Source: an uncultured bacterium (GTDB lineage Bacteria; Caldisericota; JANLFM01). Taken from it: a stretch of 54,891 nucleotides of DNA. Positions within the stretch are counted from its first letter, which is position 1, and every line of letters starts with the position of its first letter. The notes under the pieces were generated by a model. That model was not told the DNA's origin and did not search any database. It saw nothing but the letters and a program-made list of their open reading frames with translations. The translations under genes and the position numbers were made by a program. Below are positions 35,767-45,306 of the stretch, one piece after another. The stretch is taken from assembly GCA_964464245.1 (NCBI GenBank), contig CAYXFH010000145.1, positions 1 through 54,891 of the forward strand. The letters are read 5' to 3'.

Positions 35767-36201
35767 CTAGCCTACAAACTCATCGTTGGAACGATCGGTC
35801 GAAAAATCGTCGGGTGGAAAGATCTCGCTCTCCTCGATTGAGGGAGAAAATGGCTCGAGACCACTATCAGCGGTGGTGGCCGGCCGGTCAAGGAAAGTTA
35901 CCGAGGTGGCGGTGATCTCCACCCGATAGACTTTCTGGCCATCTTTCTCGTAGGTGCGGCTGGTCAAGCGTCCCTCCACCAAGGCTCTTCTCCCTTTCTT
36001 CAGGAAGTTGGCCACGTTCACTGCTTGTTTCTTCCACACCACCACATTGAAAAAATAGGCATTCTCCCGACGCTCTCCACTTTGCGTGGTGTAGTTGTCG
36101 TTCACTGCCAAGCGAAAGGTCGCCACCGAGACGCCGGCCGCGGTATACCGCAACTCGGGGTCAGCAACCAAGTTTCCCATCAAAATGACATGGTTGATCA
36201 T
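35767..36201 (-). CDS. ssb: Single-stranded DNA-binding protein
   Basis: 144 aa with an OB fold ([34 protein letters not shown]). The acidic C-terminal tail ends DEFVG rather than the usual D-D-D-I/L-P-F tip. Confidence 0.92.
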   Translation of the reverse strand: MINHVILMGNLVADPELRYTAAGVSVATFRLAVNDNYTTQSGERRENAYFFNVVVWKKQAVNVANFLKKGRRALVEGRLTSRTYEKDGQKVYRVEITATSVTFLDRPATTADSGLEPFSPSIEESEIFPPDDFSTDRSNDEFVG

Positions 36202-36214
36202 GAGGTCCGACCCG

Positions 36215-36505
36215 TCACTGTCGCACGAACATGAATCGAATGACTTCCGGCGCCAGCGATATCTGGCGCTTGGCCTCAGCGATACTGGGCGGGGCGCCTA
36301 GCAGGGTAAAGATGAAATAATACCCCTCGTTCTGCCGCTGGATGGGAAAAGCCAATCTACGTTTCCCCCAGCGGTCCACTTTGCTTACCTCGCCACCTGT
36401 GCTGGTGATGATCTCTTGCACCTTCTCTGCCAGCTTGTCAGCCTCTTCCGGGGCCAGGGCGGGGGAGGCGATCAGACATACTTCGTATGGACGCACTCTG
36501 TTCAC
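36215..36505 (-). CDS. rpsF: 30S ribosomal protein S6
   Basis: It has [13 protein letters not shown]...[13 protein letters not shown]. The track start is GTG at 36505. GTG at 36496 has a better SD (GGGAG, 8 nt). Confidence 0.93.
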   Translation of the reverse strand: MNRVRPYEVCLIASPALAPEEADKLAEKVQEIITSTGGEVSKVDRWGKRRLAFPIQRQNEGYYFIFTLLGAPPSIAEAKRQISLAPEVIRFMFVRQ

Positions 36506-36585
36506 TCCCTTCGGGATTTGCTCCGTTGTTCGGAGCAGGGTTGGTGACAGCCTCGTATACTATCATGAATGGCTCTTGGCGCCAA
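36506..36585 (-). promoter_or_regulatory. rpsF operon promoter and 5' leader with hairpin
   Basis: On the minus strand: TTGGCG (36585..36580), a 17-nt spacer, then TAGTAT (36562..36557). The leader contains TGCTCCG-AACAA-CGGAGCA (7-bp stem) just ahead of the SD. This is a candidate S6:S18 autoregulatory structure. Confidence 0.45.
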
Positions 36586-36588
36586 AAG

Positions 36589-37518
36589 TTAAGAAGTTGG
36601 AGGTGTCTCCGGAGCAATCTGAGAGGCAGGTATTCCCTCTGTAGCTGAGACGACGGCCAATTCCCCTTCTTTTGCAGTCAGCTCCAGTTTCTCTAATTCA
36701 CCTGCCCGTTTTCCCTCCTTCAGAAAGAAGTAGCGCTGCGCGTAGTAACCTGCAGCCAACCCCCAAAGTGTGCTTAGGAAAACCATCAAGGCGGGCAGGG
36801 TGACCCGTGCCGGGTCTACGAAGACCCCTGCTAGTTCTGCCCCCAACTGACTGAAGGAAGCATAGGTCGTGTAAAGAAACAGTGTGAGAAACTCACTAAG
36901 GAAGACGAAGGAGAAAGAGGCCAAGGCGCTCCAACCCGTAGAGAGGGTGAGCAAACCACCGATGGTGGCGAATAAGAGATAGAGAGAGAGGCGAAAGATC
37001 TGCGGGGAGCCGAGAAAGGTGATCGATGCAGTCGGGAGCCAGCAATAGTAAAGAGCCAAGGCATTGAGGAAACCGAGGATCAAGGCGAAGAGGAACCAAA
37101 AAGGCCCCGCGGCTGTCTGTACTGTCACTTGGTGCTTCCGGGCTTGAACCATATAGCCCAACAGTCCGGCGCCATGCTCAGCGTAAAACGAGACAAGGAA
37201 GACGCTTAATAAAACGGCAGCGAGGGTGGTTGAGTAATTCACCAAGTTGAAGAGATCCGCTGTGGGTGGAAAGAGAAAGGCTACTGCGCCGTAGGCTATA
37301 AAGGTTAACAGCAGCCCAAGCGAAGCCCAACCCCAACGACGCAGGATCAGAATCGAAAGCAGCGTCCACAGTAGAACCAGGACAAAGCAGAAAACCGGCA
37401 TCCAACTGCGGTATGGTTCGATGAAAAGGTTGCCAAAGTAAGCATACTTGCTTTCAAGAGCCCAAAAGATGCCTAAACCAAGATCGATTAGTAAAATGAT
37501 GAGATTTCGAATGATCAT
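36589..37518 (-). CDS. Hypothetical polytopic membrane protein (about 8 hydrophobic segments)
   Basis: 309 aa with strongly hydrophobic periodic segments and a hydrophilic C-terminal tail. I recognise no family motif. There is an ATGA overlap with the DUF951 gene. Confidence 0.6.
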   Translation of the reverse strand: MIIRNLIILLIDLGLGIFWALESKYAYFGNLFIEPYRSWMPVFCFVLVLLWTLLSILILRRWGWASLGLLLTFIAYGAVAFLFPPTADLFNLVNYSTTLAAVLLSVFLVSFYAEHGAGLLGYMVQARKHQVTVQTAAGPFWFLFALILGFLNALALYYCWLPTASITFLGSPQIFRLSLYLLFATIGGLLTLSTGWSALASFSFVFLSEFLTLFLYTTYASFSQLGAELAGVFVDPARVTLPALMVFLSTLWGLAAGYYAQRYFFLKEGKRAGELEKLELTAKEGELAVVSATEGIPASQIAPETPPTS

Positions 37519-37793
37519 TTCCTCTCACCTTCATGTGGAGATTTTCTTACATCATAGCACTCTAGCTTCCCCGCACCACCGTTCTCGCTCTCTTCCGACA
37601 GATGAGAACTCAGCTTTTTACGAACTCGCTTCTCCAGTTGTGAACGGGGCAGTAAAACAAGATGCCCGCAGCCCAAGCAGCGGATGCGAATGTCTGCCCC
37701 CAGCCGGACTACTTCCCAGCGATCTGAGCCGCAGGGGTGCTGCTTTCGCAGGAGCAATAGATCGCCTATGGCCAAAGGCAAAACTGGGCGCAT
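37515..37793 (-). CDS. DUF951 family small protein (YyzM-like, zinc-ribbon-like CxxC)
   Basis: It has GDLLLLRKQHPCGSDRWEVVRLGADIRIRCLGCGHLVLLPRSQLEKRV, which matches the DUF951 pattern. The start overlaps the ftsK stop (TAATG). Confidence 0.75.
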   Translation of the reverse strand: MRPVLPLAIGDLLLLRKQHPCGSDRWEVVRLGADIRIRCLGCGHLVLLPRSQLEKRVRKKLSSHLSEESENGGAGKLECYDVRKSPHEGERK

Positions 37794-39820
37794 TAGAATT
37801 TCAGGGATGACTGATCAGTGTGGCGCAGGATTTGACGTGGTTTGGAACCGCTCGACGGCCCTACGATACCGCGCCGTTCCATGAGATCGATCAGTCGTCC
37901 AGCCCGTGCATAGCCGACCTTCATCTTGCGTTGCAGCATCGAGGCCGAACCTTCCCCGGCTTGCATCACCCATTGCACCGCCTCTTCAAAGAGAGGGTCG
38001 TCCTCTTCTTCCTCCCAATCCTTGCCCTCAGCTTGAAGAATGGGCAGGGGGCGAAGCGGATTGTCCTGGTTCTGTTCTTTCCAGAAGGCGACGACCAGGT
38101 CGATCTCTTCCTCCGAGATGTAAGCGCCTTGAAGGCGGACCGGCTTTGGGTAGTTGACCGGGTAGAAAAGCATGTCACCACGTCCCAACAGCTTTTCTGC
38201 GCCATTCATGTCCAAGATCACGCGGGAGTCCATCTGAGAAGCTACCGCAAAAGCGATGCGAGAGGGGATGTTTGCCTTGATAATGCCGGTGATGACGTCT
38301 GTAGACGGGCGCTGGGTGGCCACGATCAGGTGGATGCCGGTGGCGCGGGCCAATTGGGCCAAACGGATGATGTATTTCTCTACGTCGGCGGGAGCAACCA
38401 TCATAAGGTCAGCCAATTCATCGATCACCACGACATAGTACGGCAATGATTCTCCCAGATCCTGCTCTTTCAACTTCAGGTTATATGCCTCAATATCTCG
38501 CGCCCCTATTTCGGAGAACTTCACCAAACGGCTCTCCATATCGTTGACGATCTCTTTTAAGACGGCCCCTGCTTGCTTCACGTCCATAACTACCGGATAA
38601 AGAAGGTGCGGTAACTCGCGGTAGTTGTAAAGCTCTACCCGTTTTGGGTCGATGAGGACCAAGCGAACTTCATCCGGAGTGGAGCGATAGAGAATGCCGG
38701 ATAGGATGGAGTTGATGCAGACGCTCTTCCCGCTGCCGGTCGCTCCCGCTACGAGGAGGTGAGGCATCTCTCGCAGCTCCCCGACCACAGGATGACCGCT
38801 GATGTCCTTTCCCAAGGTCAGAGGAATGCGGAATTTCCGCCTCACAAAGGCCTCGCTCTCCACGATCTCACGCAAATAGACGATGGAGATCTTCTCCGAA
38901 GGCACTTCGATCCCCAGCACCGATTTCCCGGGGACAGGCGCCTCGATTCGGACACCCGTCGCTGCCAGAGTCAGGGCAATGTCATCGGAAAGGTTCAGAA
39001 TTTTGGAGACCTTCACTCCGGGATCCAGTTGCAGTTCGTAACGCGTGATGGCCGGCCCCACTTCGATATTCACCACGTGCGTGCCGATGCCGAAACTATT
39101 TAACTTGTCCTCCAGGATCTGCGCCACATTGCGTGTTTCCCGCCGGGAGTTCTTGGGGTTCTCTTGAACCGGCCTTCGCAGTAAGTCAAGGGGGGGCAAG
39201 CGATAGGTAGGGGGAACGAGAGAAGTTGACAATTGCGCCTTTTGCTCCAGAGTGGTAGAAATCCTTGAGCGATGCGCCTTGGCCTTCACTTCCTTGGCGT
39301 CTGTCTTAGAAGGCGCCTTCACAGACGAAGCGATTGTCTCCCCCGCCTTAAAGGCCTTGGCTCGCTTTCGTCGCATCTTCCACCAACCCAATAGGCCTGG
39401 CCAGAACAGTGCAGAGAAGCAGGCCAAGAAAAGGAAACACATCAGGAGGTAGGCAATCCACCCAAGGCTATTAAAAATCCCCACCACCCACCAACCCCGG
39501 CTAAGGGAACCAACGATCATCAGTATCAGCAGAGAGCCCAAAACAAAGGTCAACAGGAAACGGGAGCGGCCTTTTTGCAGGTTACGCCAAAGGAGAAAGC
39601 CGATCAGTAGAAAGAAAAAAAAGAGGGGCAGATCCCAAGCCAAGGCGCCCCAGAAGAAGGAAGTTACTCGAGGGAGGTAGTAAGCCAAGACTGCGATGGC
39701 GACAATGCCAAGGATGGCCAGCGCCACCCACAATAGGGCTCGTTCCTGGTGGTGGGGGTCGCGTCGTTTGTCTCCCCCGCTTTTATTTATTTTTTTTCTC
39801 GTTGGTGACGGTGTGGCCAT
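37793..39820 (-). CDS. ftsK: DNA translocase FtsK/SpoIIIE
   Basis: 675 aa. It has N-terminal TM helices, the motor domain with Walker A LLVAGATGSGKS and VVVIDELADLM, and a C-terminal gamma winged helix (SASMLQRKMKVGYARAGRLID). Confidence 0.95.
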   Translation of the reverse strand: MATPSPTRKKINKSGGDKRRDPHHQERALLWVALAILGIVAIAVLAYYLPRVTSFFWGALAWDLPLFFFFLLIGFLLWRNLQKGRSRFLLTFVLGSLLILMIVGSLSRGWWVVGIFNSLGWIAYLLMCFLFLACFSALFWPGLLGWWKMRRKRAKAFKAGETIASSVKAPSKTDAKEVKAKAHRSRISTTLEQKAQLSTSLVPPTYRLPPLDLLRRPVQENPKNSRRETRNVAQILEDKLNSFGIGTHVVNIEVGPAITRYELQLDPGVKVSKILNLSDDIALTLAATGVRIEAPVPGKSVLGIEVPSEKISIVYLREIVESEAFVRRKFRIPLTLGKDISGHPVVGELREMPHLLVAGATGSGKSVCINSILSGILYRSTPDEVRLVLIDPKRVELYNYRELPHLLYPVVMDVKQAGAVLKEIVNDMESRLVKFSEIGARDIEAYNLKLKEQDLGESLPYYVVVIDELADLMMVAPADVEKYIIRLAQLARATGIHLIVATQRPSTDVITGIIKANIPSRIAFAVASQMDSRVILDMNGAEKLLGRGDMLFYPVNYPKPVRLQGAYISEEEIDLVVAFWKEQNQDNPLRPLPILQAEGKDWEEEEDDPLFEEAVQWVMQAGEGSASMLQRKMKVGYARAGRLIDLMERRGIVGPSSGSKPRQILRHTDQSSLKF

Positions 39821-41762
39821 GCAGCCTCTCTTCCGCCTTCACGCCGGCTTTTCTCTGGGAGACTCGCTTCTCCGTCTGGCGCTTCTCACCCTTCCCTTTA
39901 GCGACCTTCGTTGAAGTCCTTCCCGCCCGCATCTTTCCTTTGCCCGCCGTTGGGGTTCCAGGCGCTGCTTTCCCGAGAAGAAGGGGAGGGGAGTCAGCTT
40001 TCGGTGCGACTGCTAGGTGGGGCGACGCATGCGTCGCCCCACCTAGCTCCTCCTTCAACTTCTGCGCATGGTTCCGCTGTGATGATGGAAGGATCGGACC
40101 GCCACCCTCCAGCACGCTAACCAGGACCAGGGGGCGTCGCTTCAGTCTCTTTGCTAGGAAGCGTTCGGTTTGTTCCTGAATCTTCTCCTCAATTCGTAGT
40201 AGGGGCGACGCATGCGTCGCCCCACCCTCTTCCTCGATCATCTTCCGCAGGAGGGCAGTGATCTGATCGTGCAGAAGGATCTTCCAGACAAGCCAGTCCT
40301 TCTCTTGGAGAAGGCCGCGGGTGATAAAAAGGGGACCGCTGAAGATTTTCCTCGCATCTAGGGAGACTACTGCCGCCACTACTAGCACTCCTTCTTGAGC
40401 GAGAGCCCGACGGTCCTCGATCACTTCACTTTTCACCTCGTCAATACAGATGCCGTCGACAAAATTGGGAGCGCTCGCCACTTTTCCCTGCACATATGCT
40501 CGCCCTGGTGTAAAACTGACCATATCTCCGTTCTCCAGTAAAAGGACATTTTCCTGGCGGATGCCCATCTCTTGGGCGAGGCGGCTGCTCCAGACAAGGT
40601 GCCTATATTCCCCGTGGATTGGGATGAAGTAACGTGGACGACTGATCTGCAGCATTGTCTTGATATCCTCGCGGAAAGCGTGGCCGGAAACGTGGACACC
40701 GGCCTGAGTGCCATAGATGACCTCGGCTTTGAGGCGAAAGAGATTGTTGATCGTCTCTGACACCAATCGTTCGTTTCCGGGAATGGGGTCAGCCGAGAAG
40801 ATCACTGTGTCGCCTGCCTCGATCTTGATCTTGCGATGCTCCCCAGTTGCAATGCGAGAAAGGGCGGAGAGTGGCTCCCCTTGGCTGCCGGTGGTGATGA
40901 TCACCAACTGATCACGAGGGAAGAGAGAGAGATCCTCTACTTTGATCAGTTGTCCCTCCGGTATATTCAGATACCCCAGCTCCTGAGCCGTATTGACCAC
41001 ACGCGTCATAGACATCCCGTCAATAGCCACTTTCCGGTTGAACAAGGCTGCGGTCTCAATGATCTGCTGAATTCTGTGCACGTTGGAAGCAAAGGTAGTG
41101 ACGATGATGCGATTGCGAGCTTTCTCGAAAATCCGTTCAAGACCTGGTTTTACTGTCCGCTCCGAGGATGCGAAACCTGGCTTCTCGGCGTTGGTGGAGT
41201 CACAAAGCAGACAAAGGACGCCATCAGCGGTGATCTTGGCGAAACGCTCGAAGTCGAAAGGCTTTCCTCCCACTGGTGTTTTGTCGAACTTGAAATCGCC
41301 GGAATGGACGATCATCCCGAGCGGGGTTCGAATTGCCAGGCCCAGCCCGCCAGGCACACTGTGGGTTACCGGCAGCAATTCCACCTGAAAAGGACCGAAG
41401 GGGAGCCGGTCACCTGGCTTGACCGTGTGAAGATCCATTTTCACCCCCAGTTCTTTAGCCCGTCCGGCGGTCAACCCGAGAGTGATATCGGTGCCGTAAA
41501 CGGGAACAGAGAGTTGTTGCAAGAGGTAGGGCACCGCACCAACATGGTCCTCGTGGCCATGAGTCAGGATAATCCCGGCAATTCGTTTCTGGTTGGCCAA
41601 CAAATAGGTAAAATCCGGGAGGATCAGATCCACGCCGGGTGTTTTTTCATCAGGAAACTTCACCCCGGCATCGATTAGGAGCATCGTTCCGCTCATCTCC
41701 AAGGCCATCATGTTTTTTCCGATCTCCCCCAGCCCACCGAGCGCAACAAGTTTAAGCTCCAA
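39783..41762 (-). CDS. rnj: Ribonuclease J with a roughly 100-aa Lys/Gly/Ala/Pro-rich C-terminal extension
   Basis: I chose the start at TTG 41762, 6 nt after AAGGAGG (M-ELKLVALGGLGEIGKNMM). It has the metallo-beta-lactamase motif THGHEDHVGA, a beta-CASP region, and a C-terminal domain ending RRPLVLVSVLE. A basic tail follows, and its last 38 nt overlap ftsK. Confidence 0.9.
   Translation of the reverse strand: MELKLVALGGLGEIGKNMMALEMSGTMLLIDAGVKFPDEKTPGVDLILPDFTYLLANQKRIAGIILTHGHEDHVGAVPYLLQQLSVPVYGTDITLGLTAGRAKELGVKMDLHTVKPGDRLPFGPFQVELLPVTHSVPGGLGLAIRTPLGMIVHSGDFKFDKTPVGGKPFDFERFAKITADGVLCLLCDSTNAEKPGFASSERTVKPGLERIFEKARNRIIVTTFASNVHRIQQIIETAALFNRKVAIDGMSMTRVVNTAQELGYLNIPEGQLIKVEDLSLFPRDQLVIITTGSQGEPLSALSRIATGEHRKIKIEAGDTVIFSADPIPGNERLVSETINNLFRLKAEVIYGTQAGVHVSGHAFREDIKTMLQISRPRYFIPIHGEYRHLVWSSRLAQEMGIRQENVLLLENGDMVSFTPGRAYVQGKVASAPNFVDGICIDEVKSEVIEDRRALAQEGVLVVAAVVSLDARKIFSGPLFITRGLLQEKDWLVWKILLHDQITALLRKMIEEEGGATHASPLLRIEEKIQEQTERFLAKRLKRRPLVLVSVLEGGGPILPSSQRNHAQKLKEELGGATHASPHLAVAPKADSPPLLLGKAAPGTPTAGKGKMRAGRTSTKVAKGKGEKRQTEKRVSQRKAGVKAEERLHGHTVTNEKKNK
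40013..40046. repeat. 34-bp perfect palindrome CTAGGTGGGGCGACGCATGCGTCGCCCCACCTAG inside the rnj tail
   Basis: I verified by hand that the reverse complement equals the sequence. It encodes ELGGATHASPHLA. Confidence 0.97.
40202..40223. repeat. Second copy of the 22-bp palindromic core GGGGCGACGCATGCGTCGCCCC inside the rnj C-terminal domain
   Basis: The 22-bp core is identical to the one in the 40013 copy, with 26 of 28 nt identical including flanks. It encodes EEGGATHASPLL. Confidence 0.97.
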
Positions 41763-42342
41763 GGAGCGCCTCCTTTTCCACCAGCAGGCGCAGGGTATGA
41801 AAGTCAAGTGACAACTCTACCTTCACTTGCGAGTTGCGCAGAGCAGCAGCGGGGTGAAAAGTGGGGAAGAAGAGGATCCCGTCTTTGCGGAAGATCTTCC
41901 CGTGGACAGTAGAAATGCTCCAATCCGGGTCAAGCAATGTGTGCAGTGAGTGTCGCCCTAGGATGCAAACCAGCGCAGGGGCGACCAGGCCAATCTGGGC
42001 AATTAAGTATGGGTGGCAGGCTTCAACCTCGTCCGGTAGAGGGTCACGGTTCTCGGGAGGACGACACTTGACGATATTCGTTATGTAGACTTGTTCCCGT
42101 TTCAAGCCCAAAGCGCTCTGAATGAGGCTCTCCAGAAGTACTCCAGCTGGGCCGACAAAAGGCCGTCCCTGCTGGTCTTCCCGTTGTCCGGGTCCTTCCC
42201 CCACGAACAGAAGGGGGGAATAAAGATCGCCTTCACCCGGCACAACCTGTAAGCGCATCTCGCAAAGACGACACTTTCGGCAGGCCAGGATCTCCTTCCT
42301 TAAACTGGGGTATAGTTCTTCCCTACCGTCCGGTATGACCAA
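41752..42342 (-). CDS. udg: Uracil-DNA glycosylase, family 4 (4Fe-4S type)
   Basis: 196 aa with CRKCRLCEMRLQVVPGEGDLYSPLLFVGEGPGQREDQQGRPFVGPAG and HPAAALR. Confidence 0.9.
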   Translation of the reverse strand: MVIPDGREELYPSLRKEILACRKCRLCEMRLQVVPGEGDLYSPLLFVGEGPGQREDQQGRPFVGPAGVLLESLIQSALGLKREQVYITNIVKCRPPENRDPLPDEVEACHPYLIAQIGLVAPALVCILGRHSLHTLLDPDWSISTVHGKIFRKDGILFFPTFHPAAALRNSQVKVELSLDFHTLRLLVEKEALLGA

Positions 42343-42763
42343 AGCCTCCCTGGGCCCGTTCCGTTTCCTCCAGACTCTCCGTCGTTCTCAGTAGAGCATG
42401 GAGCACGGGGCTGATTACCAACTGGGCGATCCGTGCTCCACGCTCTACTTGGTAATTCCGAGTTCCATGATTGATCAGGATCACCTGAACCAGACCACGA
42501 TAATCCGCATCGATCGTCCCTGGAGCATTCAGGACAGTAACACCGTACTCCAAAGCTATTCCACTGCGAGGGCGCACTTGACCCTCATAGCCGATCGGAA
42601 TGGCGATGGAAAACCCACAACAAACTTTCGCCCAATCTCCTGCGCCAATCATCACCGACTCGCTGGCCAGAAGATCCAGGCCAGATGAACCGGGTGTCAT
42701 GTAATTCGGGATCGGCAGGTCGCGGGCGCTCGCCTCGATCCTTATCTGGATCTCGACTTCCAC
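42323..42763 (-). CDS. dut: dUTP diphosphatase
   Basis: 146 aa with GSSGLDL, RPRSGIALEYGVTVLNAPGTIDADYRG and RIAQLVI. Confidence 0.93.
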   Translation of the reverse strand: MEVEIQIRIEASARDLPIPNYMTPGSSGLDLLASESVMIGAGDWAKVCCGFSIAIPIGYEGQVRPRSGIALEYGVTVLNAPGTIDADYRGLVQVILINHGTRNYQVERGARIAQLVISPVLHALLRTTESLEETERAQGGFGHTGR

Positions 42764-44907
42764 GGTCGATCCGATCGATCCGGACGGTCTCGACGCTCGT
42801 GCTTTTCCTCTTCTTCATTGAAGTCCTGGCCGGTCAATCCTTTCCGGGTCAGGCTGATGCGGCCTCGATCGTCAACCCCGTCCACGATGACAGGGAGCTC
42901 ATCGCCCATCTTGAAACTTTCCTCGACACGCTTGACGGCGCGGTCATACATGCGTGACTTATGCAGCAACCCTTCCTTGCCGGGACTGATCTCCATGAAG
43001 ACACCGTATGTCTCCACGCGCGACACTTTCCCGGTGAAAGAAGCGCCGATCTCCACCTCTCCGGTTAGCGCTTCGATCTGTTGCTTGGCCAGCTCACCGG
43101 CCTCGACTGAGGGCGCAGTGATGAAGACTCGACCACTCTGTTCGATATCGATCATGGCGCCGGTTTCTTCAGTGATCTTCTTGATCATCTTGCCACCCGG
43201 TCCGATTACATCGCGGATCTTGTCGGGGTTAATCTGCAAGACAAAAACACGAGGGGCATAGCGGGAAAGCTCGGCTCGCGGTTGGGGTATGGCTGTCCGG
43301 ATCTTTTCGAGAATGGCAAGACGAGCCTCCTTCGCCTGAGTTAAAGCTGTGCGCAGGATCTCCAGTTCGATCCCTTTGATCTTCATATCCATCTGCAAGG
43401 CGGTTATTCCCGAAGCGGACCCAGCAACCTTGAAATCCATGTCCCCTAAAGCGTCTTCCATTCCCTGAATGTCGGTCAAAACTGCGACCTGTTCTTTCTC
43501 CTTGATCAAACCCATGGCAATCCCTGCGATCGGAGTGGTAATGGGGACGCCCGCATCGAGCAATGCGAGGGTGCTGCCACAGACCGAGGCCATCGAGGTA
43601 GAACCGTTGGACTCCAACACTTCAGAGACAAGTCGAATCGTGTAGGGGAACTCCTCTTGGTGCGGGATCACCGAAAGAAGCGCTCGTTCGGCAAGAGAAC
43701 CATGGCCTATCTCCCGACGGCCTGGTCCGCGCATTGGGCGCACCTCCCCAACCGAGAAAGGAGGGAAGTTATAATGGTGCATGTAACGCTTGAACTCTTC
43801 GATGCCGAGTCCTTCAATGATTTGCACCTCACCGATGGCTCCAAGGGTGAGTATCGTCAGGACTTGTGTCTGCCCACGGGTAAAGAGTCCGGAACCATGA
43901 ACCCTGGGCAAGACTCCAACTTCGCATGTGATCGGACGAATTTCGGAGGTAGTCCTCCCATCCGGGCGGATGCCCTCCCGCAGAATCATGGCGCGCGTCT
44001 CTTCTTTGAGAATCTTTCGCTCGATCTCCTGGAGCGCGACTTCCATATTGGGAAATTGATCCGCTAATGTTGCTCGCATTTGGCTGTCGATTGCAGCCAA
44101 GGCCTCCTCGCGGGAATGTTTCTCGACGATGCGTATTGCCTCGCACAGGCGCTGCCGGACTTCTCGTTTGACCGCATCCACCATCTCGGGTGCATATTCC
44201 GATGGCGCGAAGACAGTTTTCTCCTTTCCGGCTTTAGACATCATCTCCCGTTCTAGGGCGATGATCCGCCGGATTTCCTGTTGCGCCATGGCTAAGCCTT
44301 CCAGCAATAATTCCTCACTGACCTGTTTCGCTCCAGCTTCAACCATTAGGATGGCATCTTCGGTGGCAGCCACTACCAGATCGAGCTGGCCTTCCTCGAT
44401 CTGCTGATAAGTGGGGTTCAAGATAAGCTTCCCATCCTGGGCTCCCAACCGGATCGCGGCCACTGGCCCTTCGAAGGGTATCTCGCTGATGGAAATCGCC
44501 GTTCCTGCGGCGATCATGGCAGCGATATCCGGAGGATAGGCGGGGTCAGCGGAGAGAACCTTCGCAACTACTTGTATGTCTCTTCGCAAGTGGCTGGCAA
44601 AGAGCGGCCGGATAGAGCGGTCGATCAAGCGAGATCGCAAGATCTCCTTCTCGCTGGGGCGACCTTCTCTCTTGAAGAAACCGCCCGGGATCTTACCGAT
44701 GGAGTACATCTTCTCCTCGTAATCCACCATCAAAGGTAGGTAGTCGATCCCCTCCCTGGCTTGCCCAGCCAATGTGGCCGTTGCCAGAACCACAGTCTCC
44801 CCGTGTGTGACGAGAACGGCGCCTCCAGCTTGTTTAGCTAATTTCCCCGTCTCTAAAGTAAGTCTCTGTCCAGCCAGGCTGGATTCAATACGTGTGATAT
44901 CGCTCAA
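42742..44907 (-). CDS. pnp: Polyribonucleotide nucleotidyltransferase (PNPase)
   Basis: 721 aa. It has two RNase PH domains, a KH domain ([22 protein letters not shown]), an S1 domain ([17 protein letters not shown]) and a basic/acidic C-terminal tail. Confidence 0.96.
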   Translation of the reverse strand: MSDITRIESSLAGQRLTLETGKLAKQAGGAVLVTHGETVVLATATLAGQAREGIDYLPLMVDYEEKMYSIGKIPGGFFKREGRPSEKEILRSRLIDRSIRPLFASHLRRDIQVVAKVLSADPAYPPDIAAMIAAGTAISISEIPFEGPVAAIRLGAQDGKLILNPTYQQIEEGQLDLVVAATEDAILMVEAGAKQVSEELLLEGLAMAQQEIRRIIALEREMMSKAGKEKTVFAPSEYAPEMVDAVKREVRQRLCEAIRIVEKHSREEALAAIDSQMRATLADQFPNMEVALQEIERKILKEETRAMILREGIRPDGRTTSEIRPITCEVGVLPRVHGSGLFTRGQTQVLTILTLGAIGEVQIIEGLGIEEFKRYMHHYNFPPFSVGEVRPMRGPGRREIGHGSLAERALLSVIPHQEEFPYTIRLVSEVLESNGSTSMASVCGSTLALLDAGVPITTPIAGIAMGLIKEKEQVAVLTDIQGMEDALGDMDFKVAGSASGITALQMDMKIKGIELEILRTALTQAKEARLAILEKIRTAIPQPRAELSRYAPRVFVLQINPDKIRDVIGPGGKMIKKITEETGAMIDIEQSGRVFITAPSVEAGELAKQQIEALTGEVEIGASFTGKVSRVETYGVFMEISPGKEGLLHKSRMYDRAVKRVEESFKMGDELPVIVDGVDDRGRISLTRKGLTGQDFNEEEEKHERRDRPDRSDRPWKSRSR

Positions 44908-44914
44908 TGCATGT

Positions 44915-45184
44915 CTACTTTCTCAAGCCCAGGGACTTGATCAGGAAGTTGTACCGATCGCTCGATTCCTTCTTGAGATAGTTGAGCAACCTACGCCGCT
45001 CCCCAACCATCTTTAAGAGTCCCCTACGTGAATGGTGGTCTTTCGAGTGTACTTTCAGGTGTTCCGTTAGGTAGTTGATGCGCTCCGTTAAAATCGCAAC
45101 CTGCACTTCGGGCGATCCAGTGTCCATCTCATGGATTTGATACTTACGAATGATGCTTTGCTTCTCTTCTTTGGCTAGGGTCAC
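44915..45184 (-). CDS. rpsO: 30S ribosomal protein S15
   Basis: 89 aa with a GTG start after AAGGAGGA. It has [50 protein letters not shown]. Confidence 0.95.
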   Translation of the reverse strand: MTLAKEEKQSIIRKYQIHEMDTGSPEVQVAILTERINYLTEHLKVHSKDHHSRRGLLKMVGERRRLLNYLKKESSDRYNFLIKSLGLRK

Positions 45185-45222
45185 AATTCGTCCTCCTTGT
45201 CGATTGTATTATTCGCCTCACC

Positions 45223-45296
45223 GGGCAATCCCTGGAGGAGGCAATTGCCCAGATTAAGACATATTCATCTTACCACGTTTCGATGAGTTTGAACAA
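45223..45296 (-). promoter_or_regulatory. rpsO promoter and leader hairpin
   Basis: On the minus strand: TTGTTC (45296..45291), an 18-nt spacer, then an extended -10 TGGTAAGAT (-10 hexamer at 45272..45267). The leader stem is GGGCAAT/ATTGCCC (45223..45250). This is a candidate S15 autoregulatory element. Confidence 0.5.
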
Positions 45297-45306
45297 GCAA
45301 TTACAC

